Shown here one piece after another: positions 26,853 through 32,100 of a stretch of DNA of 32,100 nucleotides (its first letter is position 1; each line of letters starts with the position of its first letter). The notes beneath the pieces are model-generated. The model was not told the DNA's origin. It ran no database searches and saw only the letters and a program-made list of their open reading frames with translations. A program made the translations under genes and the position numbers. Source of the DNA: Promethearchaeati archaeon (GTDB taxonomy: Archaea; Asgardarchaeota; Heimdallarchaeia; JABLTI01); NCBI GenBank assembly GCA_013166835.1, contig JABLTI010000021.1, forward strand, positions 1 to 32,100, given 5' to 3'.

Positions 26853-27530
26853 TTATAGAAGTGCTGACCAATCCTTCAATGCTAATGGATCTTTCATATA
26901 GAAAGCTTCACCATATTCTACCTTTATCAATGATCCATAGAACTTACATCTCTCTTCTACTGGAAACGGTAGGTGTTCCATTGAAAATTCTTTGAATTGT
27001 GATTTATAGGTCATAATAGTTTCTTTCTTCTTCTTGAACTCTTTACTAATATCCAGAATGAAAGTAAATTTTGACTGATTATTAAGCTCATAATAAAGCA
27101 TATGTTTTACTTTATGTTTTGGATGATCTAGTTTTATTTTCTGAAGTTTAGCAAAGTGACAGGCTTCAGAGACAGTTAAAGAAGTTGTAACGTGGTCTGG
27201 GTGACGATCCTCCCAATATGGCATTAAAACAACTGTTGGTTTGAATTCTCTTATTTTATTTGTAATCTTTAGAATTACTTCTTTCTTATCCTCAAAGGGT
27301 AAATAAGCATCAGGAAAACCAAGATTTTGACGGAGTTCTGCTCCGAGGACTTTTCGAGCTGCCTCAGCTTCTTCTAATCTAGATTCTTTAGTTCCAAGTG
27401 AACCCATCTCTCCTGCAGTTAGATCAATAATTCCAACCTTAAAACCAGCATTTATTGCTTTAACAATAGCTCCACCAGCACCCAATTCCGCATCGTCCGG
27501 ATGCGGAGCAAACACTAAAACATCCAGCAT
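26853..27530 (-). CDS. bshB1: GlcNAc-malate deacetylase (PIG-L family)
   Basis: PHPDDAE-x-G-x-GG, DLT-x-GE-x-G, DRHPDH, Y-x-SQF, YGEAF; lies between bshC and bshA. Confidence 0.93.
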   Translation of the reverse strand: MLDVLVFAPHPDDAELGAGGAIVKAINAGFKVGIIDLTAGEMGSLGTKESRLEEAEAARKVLGAELRQNLGFPDAYLPFEDKKEVILKITNKIREFKPTVVLMPYWEDRHPDHVTTSLTVSEACHFAKLQKIKLDHPKHKVKHMLYYELNNQSKFTFILDISKEFKKKKETIMTYKSQFKEFSMEHLPFPVEERCKFYGSLIKVEYGEAFYMKDPLALKDWSALL

Positions 27531-29125
27531 TTCAACACCACATGATTTCCAGGATCAACTTTTGTCATTAAATCCTTCATACAATCTAACATATTAATTG
27601 AGTACTTGTTTAAGTATTGGAAGATGTTAAAAATTCTTTCTTGTGGTTTCTCATCAGGAAATACATAGGCTTTTGCTTTTTGGAGTTGTGCTTGTAAAAC
27701 TTGATTATCATCTTTCACATATTTCAAGTACATTCGTTCGATGTTGTTTAGCTCCTTCAATATGCTTTGCTTTCTTCCTTCTGCACGTTTACCTAATTCT
27801 TGACTTACATCTGATAGATTTTTATTCATGTCATCAAGAGCATTTGTAATTTTGTCAAAATAATTCGCCAAGAATTCTTTATTTTCTGATTTTAACAATC
27901 TAGAAGTGAGTTTGTTTGTGTCTCTAAGTTCAGCAAGATTCACATCATATTTGTCAACAATACGATTAATATGTCGTTCTAGAACTGTAGCTCCCATTCT
28001 GAATTGTAAATTGGGTTGTTTCAATCCGAATTCTGGATAGAGATCTTTTATTTGTATATGATAACCTATTTCTGATGGTCCACCAACAAAAATATGTGTT
28101 GGCATTATAGTATCTTGAGCTAAGGGTCGATAGATAGCATTAGTACTAAATCTATAAGGATTTTCCTGTAATTCATCCAATATTTGTTCTCTATTAAGAG
28201 TTGAACCATTTGCAATGTGATACATTCCTTTCTTATCGATTGTTATAGTGTTTCTAAAATTATCTTCATCGATATAGAAAAGCCCAACAATATCTTCTTT
28301 TTTATGCATTTTAGGTTTGTAACCTAAATCGTTTAGTTGACTAGTTGTTTTTAGAAAGATTTGATTATAATGAACTGGTTTCTCAATGAGTTTCGAGAAA
28401 TAATCAGTAAGGTGTGACCTGAAAATCCAAGGTTCCACTAATATTAATCCCCATTTACCAAATAATCTTGTCATAATACGACTGAAGAAATCTCCCCACA
28501 TTCTTGATTTGTCTAATTCTGGTATAATTATATCACTAAACAACATATCAGTGAACTCTGTTTCGGGGAAAGTTTCAATCATAGTAGTAATTGTATTATT
28601 GCATCTGCTTTTGAGTAATTCAATTCTTTCCAAACTTTTACCAATTGCATCGGATGCATCTATAATTAAAGGAATAATATCATTACTTTTATTGAGAATT
28701 CTAATATTGTTTACTTCTTCTACATCATGATCCTCCGAAGCATTCCAAAAAACAGGAATGAGTTTAATCTTTTCACTACTAAATTTCTCTGCATAATTGA
28801 TTGCTGCGAACGTTTTGTAAATGGTATACAATGGTCCGGATAGAAAACCGGGTTGTTGACCAGTAACTACAAAATAGATATCTTCATTTTCAATTTGTTC
28901 TATATTTTTTATTGTCTCATCATGAGCACCTATCGATTTATTGTATTTCAATAAAATTTCTTTAAGTAATGATCTATCTCCATTAAATTTTACAGAATGG
29001 AGTTTTTTCGGACTTTTCTTTAGAAAATCAAACATCGGTTGCTTCTTGTTAAGATAATCAAGTAGCATGTTGTTTGGATAAATACTATTTCGGTCTAATA
29101 CTTCAAGTTCAATTGGGTCATCCAT
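27515..29125 (-). CDS. bshC: Bacillithiol cysteine-adding enzyme
   Basis: VVTGQQ, GPLYTIYK, FW-x-ASEDHD, RPL-x-QD, VGGP-x-E-x-x-Y, PQER motifs; 536 aa; overlaps bshB1 by 16 nt. Confidence 0.95.
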   Translation of the reverse strand: MDDPIELEVLDRNSIYPNNMLLDYLNKKQPMFDFLKKSPKKLHSVKFNGDRSLLKEILLKYNKSIGAHDETIKNIEQIENEDIYFVVTGQQPGFLSGPLYTIYKTFAAINYAEKFSSEKIKLIPVFWNASEDHDVEEVNNIRILNKSNDIIPLIIDASDAIGKSLERIELLKSRCNNTITTMIETFPETEFTDMLFSDIIIPELDKSRMWGDFFSRIMTRLFGKWGLILVEPWIFRSHLTDYFSKLIEKPVHYNQIFLKTTSQLNDLGYKPKMHKKEDIVGLFYIDEDNFRNTITIDKKGMYHIANGSTLNREQILDELQENPYRFSTNAIYRPLAQDTIMPTHIFVGGPSEIGYHIQIKDLYPEFGLKQPNLQFRMGATVLERHINRIVDKYDVNLAELRDTNKLTSRLLKSENKEFLANYFDKITNALDDMNKNLSDVSQELGKRAEGRKQSILKELNNIERMYLKYVKDDNQVLQAQLQKAKAYVFPDEKPQERIFNIFQYLNKYSINMLDCMKDLMTKVDPGNHVVLKCWMF

Positions 29126-29277
29126 AAATATTCACATCAAATCTTATAGTTAAAAAAATTACGACTAAATTTTACTCTTTCCACTCTTCTTGTTTACTTG
29201 TCAGCTAAATCAACTGTTTTATTCATTTTAACCTTCTGTTTAATATTCTAAAAGGTTATTTCACATCTTGATTATAC

Positions 29278-29328
29278 AAAAAGAAAAAAAAATAGGAAAA
29301 AATAATTGATGGAAAAAACATCAATTAT
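29278..29328 (-). terminator. 10-bp hairpin plus long U-tracts upstream of the bsh operon
   Basis: ATAATTGATG (29302-29311) / CATCAATTAT (29319-29328), followed on the minus strand by several T-runs. Confidence 0.6.
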
Positions 29329-29444
29329 CAATTCATTTCTTATTAATCAAATATTCAGACATTGCTTCTACAGCTTTTCTACTTACTCCTAAGCAAGGAT
29401 AACAGTAGTCTAGTATTAATTAATAAAAAATTATGAAAAGAGAA

Positions 29445-32100
29445 TTAAAAAAATAATTTGAGGATTTCAAAGATAGATATATCATCAAATATCTTCTTCA
29501 CTTTTAATTCTCTGCCATCTGTGTTTACGATTTTACCTGATCTTGAGATCCAAGCAGGCATTGGTATAATAAGGTCTGCATTTTCATTGTATCCCATTGA
29601 GATAGTAAAGCCTTTGAATTTTTTATTCATAGCTCCAATTACTAAATAATTGTCTGCTATTGGTACTTTACCAAATCCAAGTTCTATAAGTCCAACTTCA
29701 TTTAATCCTTTATGCATAATTACTGTGGGAACTTTTTCAGGTTTGGCTGGGGCATTTAGAATTGCTAATTCATAAGAATCATTCGTTAGTATAGCCCCTT
29801 GTTTCTTAGCTATATGTAAAAATGGTTTTAACAAAGGATAATCACTTAGAGAAACATCTAATTTTATACGTTTGCTCTTCAAAATATCTGTTATTTTGGC
29901 TGTCGAAATTCCTTCATCAAAAATTGCCCCTATTTTGAATCCATGTTTTTCACTAAATTCTTTAAGTTTTATTGCTTCATCATTAGTGACATTTGGAGCT
30001 AAGACAATAGCTAAATCCTTTTTATGTTTGTTAATTATACTTTTAGCTTCGTTCAAAGTAATTTCAGTGAATCCTTTTCCAGATTTTTTCATTGGTTTCT
30101 TAATATTCTTCTCCCAAGTTCTGTCAAATCTTGGCTTATCACATACAAGTCCATAATTCCATGAATTATCTATAGATGAAACATTGACTGAAAATCCCTT
30201 ATAAATATCAATATTCATTTCACAGCCAATACCACAGTTATTACAAACAGTAGGTATTGATATTACATCCCAAGGACCGTTTTTAACAAAAGGAGTAGTG
30301 GATGCAAATGCTCCTGTCGGGCAGATATCAACAAAACTACCTATGAAATCGCCTTTTACATCACCCATTTGCATGCCTGATGGTGGGCCGTTCTTTGTTG
30401 GGAATCCACGATTTAGATTATCTATTAAACCTTCTCCAATAATTTCATGAGTAAGATTTACACATCGACCACATAGGATGCATTTGTTGTTATCAAGAAT
30501 TATCTGTGGATGTGATTCATCTATTGGATCAGTATGTAATTCTCCAATATATTGATCTTGGTTTGCATTATATAATTTCGCGTATTCCCTTAATTTACAT
30601 TCAAAGGAATCTAAACAACCACAAGACATACATCTATTTACTTCTTCTATAGCCTCTTCCTCAGTAAATGAAGTTTCAACCTCTTTAAAAGTACTAATTC
30701 TTTCTTCAACAGGAAGATCTTTAGTTTTTACACGATTTAATCTTTCTCTGTCTTTATAATCTTCTTCTGTTACTTTCTTCCAGTGCTTATAAGGTCTATA
30801 AGTTAGAATTAACTTCTTTAATTCTTCATCATTTTCGATTTCATCAAGATATTCCCATGGTTTTTGTAAAGCTTCTTTATATTGTGGTAGTTTTTCTTTT
30901 ACATATAAATCAATCATAATTGCTGCTTCTTTGCCTGTTGCTATCGCTTCAATGACTGTCGAAGGACTGAGAGCTAAATCTCCTCCTACAAACGTACCTG
31001 GGATATTTGTTTCATATGTGGTTTTATCATAATCAGCCCACATAATAGAATATTTAAGACCAATATTATCAAGCAACTCTTTATCTGAACTTTGTCCTAC
31101 TGCAAAAATAACATTATCAATGTCTAAACAATAGTTTGTTCCGTCACAAGCTATAGGTCTGCATCTGCCACTTTCATCTGGTTCACCAAGTTTCATTTTA
31201 ATCAATTCAATTTGATTAACATTTTCTTCGCCAATAATCTTCAATGGATTAGAAAGAAGATTGAATTCAATTCCTTCTTCTTCTGCTTCTTCGATTTCCT
31301 TTTCTTCCGCGGGCATTTCGTTACGAGTTCTTCTATAAGTAACAATAACATTGGAACCTAGTCGTTTTGCAGTTCGGGCAACATCCATTGCACTATTTCC
31401 TCCTCCAACTACCATTACATTTTGCCCAATCTCAACTTTTTCACCTAAGTTGATTTTTCTTAAGAAATCAATCGCATCCATCACACCTGGCATTTCACAA
31501 CCTTCTAATTGTAGCTGTCGACTTTTCCATGCACCAATTCCAAGAAATATTGCATCATATTTTTTCTGTAATTCATTAAATGAGATATCTTCTCCTATAC
31601 GAGTATTTGTTTTAACCTGAATACCAGTATTGATAACTGTTTCAATATCCTTCCTGAGAATATCTTTAGGTAATCTGTATTCAGGAATACCATATCTTAA
31701 CATACCTCCTAATTCAGGCATTGCTTCATATAAAGTAACATCATGTCCTTTTATTCGAAGATAGAAAGCACAAGATAGCCCTGCTGGTCCACCACCAATA
31801 ATAGCAACCTTCTTACCTGTATCTGGTGGGATTTCAGGCATCCAAGCTCCATGCTCAAGATCATAATCTGCGACAAACCGTTTTAATTGTCGTATTGCTA
31901 AGGGTTCCTCAACTAGATTTCTCCTACATTCTTTTTCACAAAATGCCGGACAAATTCGGCCAAGAACCGCTGGAAGAATATAATCTTTTTTCATTAAAGC
32001 AACTGCTTCATGATATTTGCCATTTGCTGCTAAAGCTAAATAACTTTGGACATCGCTTTTTGTTGGACAACCATCATTACAAGGACCAATACAATCCCCA
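29445..32100 (-). CDS. Multidomain NAD(P)H Fe-S flavoprotein: GltD/SudA-like module fused to FdhA/NuoG-like Fe-S domains; 5' end outside the window
   Basis: Frame stays open past 31994 to the edge (GDCIGPCNDGCP...); GRICPAFCEKEC, GGGPAG, GGGNSA, YRR, RCMSCGC, CILCGRC, CNNCGIGC...C motifs. Confidence 0.9.
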   Translation of the reverse strand, partial: GDCIGPCNDGCPTKSDVQSYLALAANGKYHEAVALMKKDYILPAVLGRICPAFCEKECRRNLVEEPLAIRQLKRFVADYDLEHGAWMPEIPPDTGKKVAIIGGGPAGLSCAFYLRIKGHDVTLYEAMPELGGMLRYGIPEYRLPKDILRKDIETVINTGIQVKTNTRIGEDISFNELQKKYDAIFLGIGAWKSRQLQLEGCEMPGVMDAIDFLRKINLGEKVEIGQNVMVVGGGNSAMDVARTAKRLGSNVIVTYRRTRNEMPAEEKEIEEAEEEGIEFNLLSNPLKIIGEENVNQIELIKMKLGEPDESGRCRPIACDGTNYCLDIDNVIFAVGQSSDKELLDNIGLKYSIMWADYDKTTYETNIPGTFVGGDLALSPSTVIEAIATGKEAAIMIDLYVKEKLPQYKEALQKPWEYLDEIENDEELKKLILTYRPYKHWKKVTEEDYKDRERLNRVKTKDLPVEERISTFKEVETSFTEEEAIEEVNRCMSCGCLDSFECKLREYAKLYNANQDQYIGELHTDPIDESHPQIILDNNKCILCGRCVNLTHEIIGEGLIDNLNRGFPTKNGPPSGMQMGDVKGDFIGSFVDICPTGAFASTTPFVKNGPWDVISIPTVCNNCGIGCEMNIDIYKGFSVNVSSIDNSWNYGLVCDKPRFDRTWEKNIKKPMKKSGKGFTEITLNEAKSIINKHKKDLAIVLAPNVTNDEAIKLKEFSEKHGFKIGAIFDEGISTAKITDILKSKRIKLDVSLSDYPLLKPFLHIAKKQGAILTNDSYELAILNAPAKPEKVPTVIMHKGLNEVGLIELGFGKVPIADNYLVIGAMNKKFKGFTISMGYNENADLIIPMPAWISRSGKIVNTDGRELKVKKIFDDISIFEILKLFF

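Noticed and set aside
490-31620. Other short antisense or alternate-frame ORFs inside long genes (for example 490..780, 15688..16011, 17734..18024, 24347..24691, 25969..26319, 31351..31620)
   Set aside because: They overlap well-supported genes and have no motifs; expected shadow ORFs.
29445-32100. Oxidoreductase as the bacillithiol-disulfide reductase, a formate dehydrogenase or a glutamate synthase
   Set aside because: Not YpdA/TrxB-like; separated from bshC by a terminator; no Mo-ligand domain and no gltB in the window.
1-32100. tRNA, rRNA, CRISPR arrays, transposases, integrases and defence islands
   Set aside because: None seen; intergenic gaps are short and AT-rich without repeat-spacer periodicity or cloverleaf signatures. 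The HD, NYN and DHH genes sit in housekeeping context.

Overview
Low-GC (roughly 30% by eye), gene-dense archaeal chromosomal segment, most likely from an Asgard archaeon (probably Heimdallarchaeia; inferred from archaeal core genes plus a gelsolin-domain protein, two roadblock/LC7 proteins and a PAC4-like protein). Archaeal housekeeping genes include fwdC, alba, a NusA-like gene, truD, pth2, a geranylgeranyl reductase, a Trm9-like methyltransferase, a DHH phosphoesterase, Hef, an HD hydrolase and uppS. There are also two tandem large pilin-like proteins, a complete bacillithiol operon (bshC-bshB1-bshA), and a GltD/Fe-S oxidoreductase that runs off the right edge. No tRNA, rRNA, CRISPR array or mobile element was seen. 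Best leads: (1) a box C/D guide RNA at 8026-8098 (-), absent from the ORF track, whose D' guide points at the LSU site methylated by eukaryotic snR73/SNORD35; (2) an Alba with a histone-H1-like K/A/P tail; (3) a 1DGelX-type gelsolin with a polyproline linker next to a roadblock gene; (4) an archaeal bacillithiol pathway; (5) a DUF2797 protein with a C-terminal PIP box and GIY-YIG-like motif. All family calls are by motif recognition; no searches were run.
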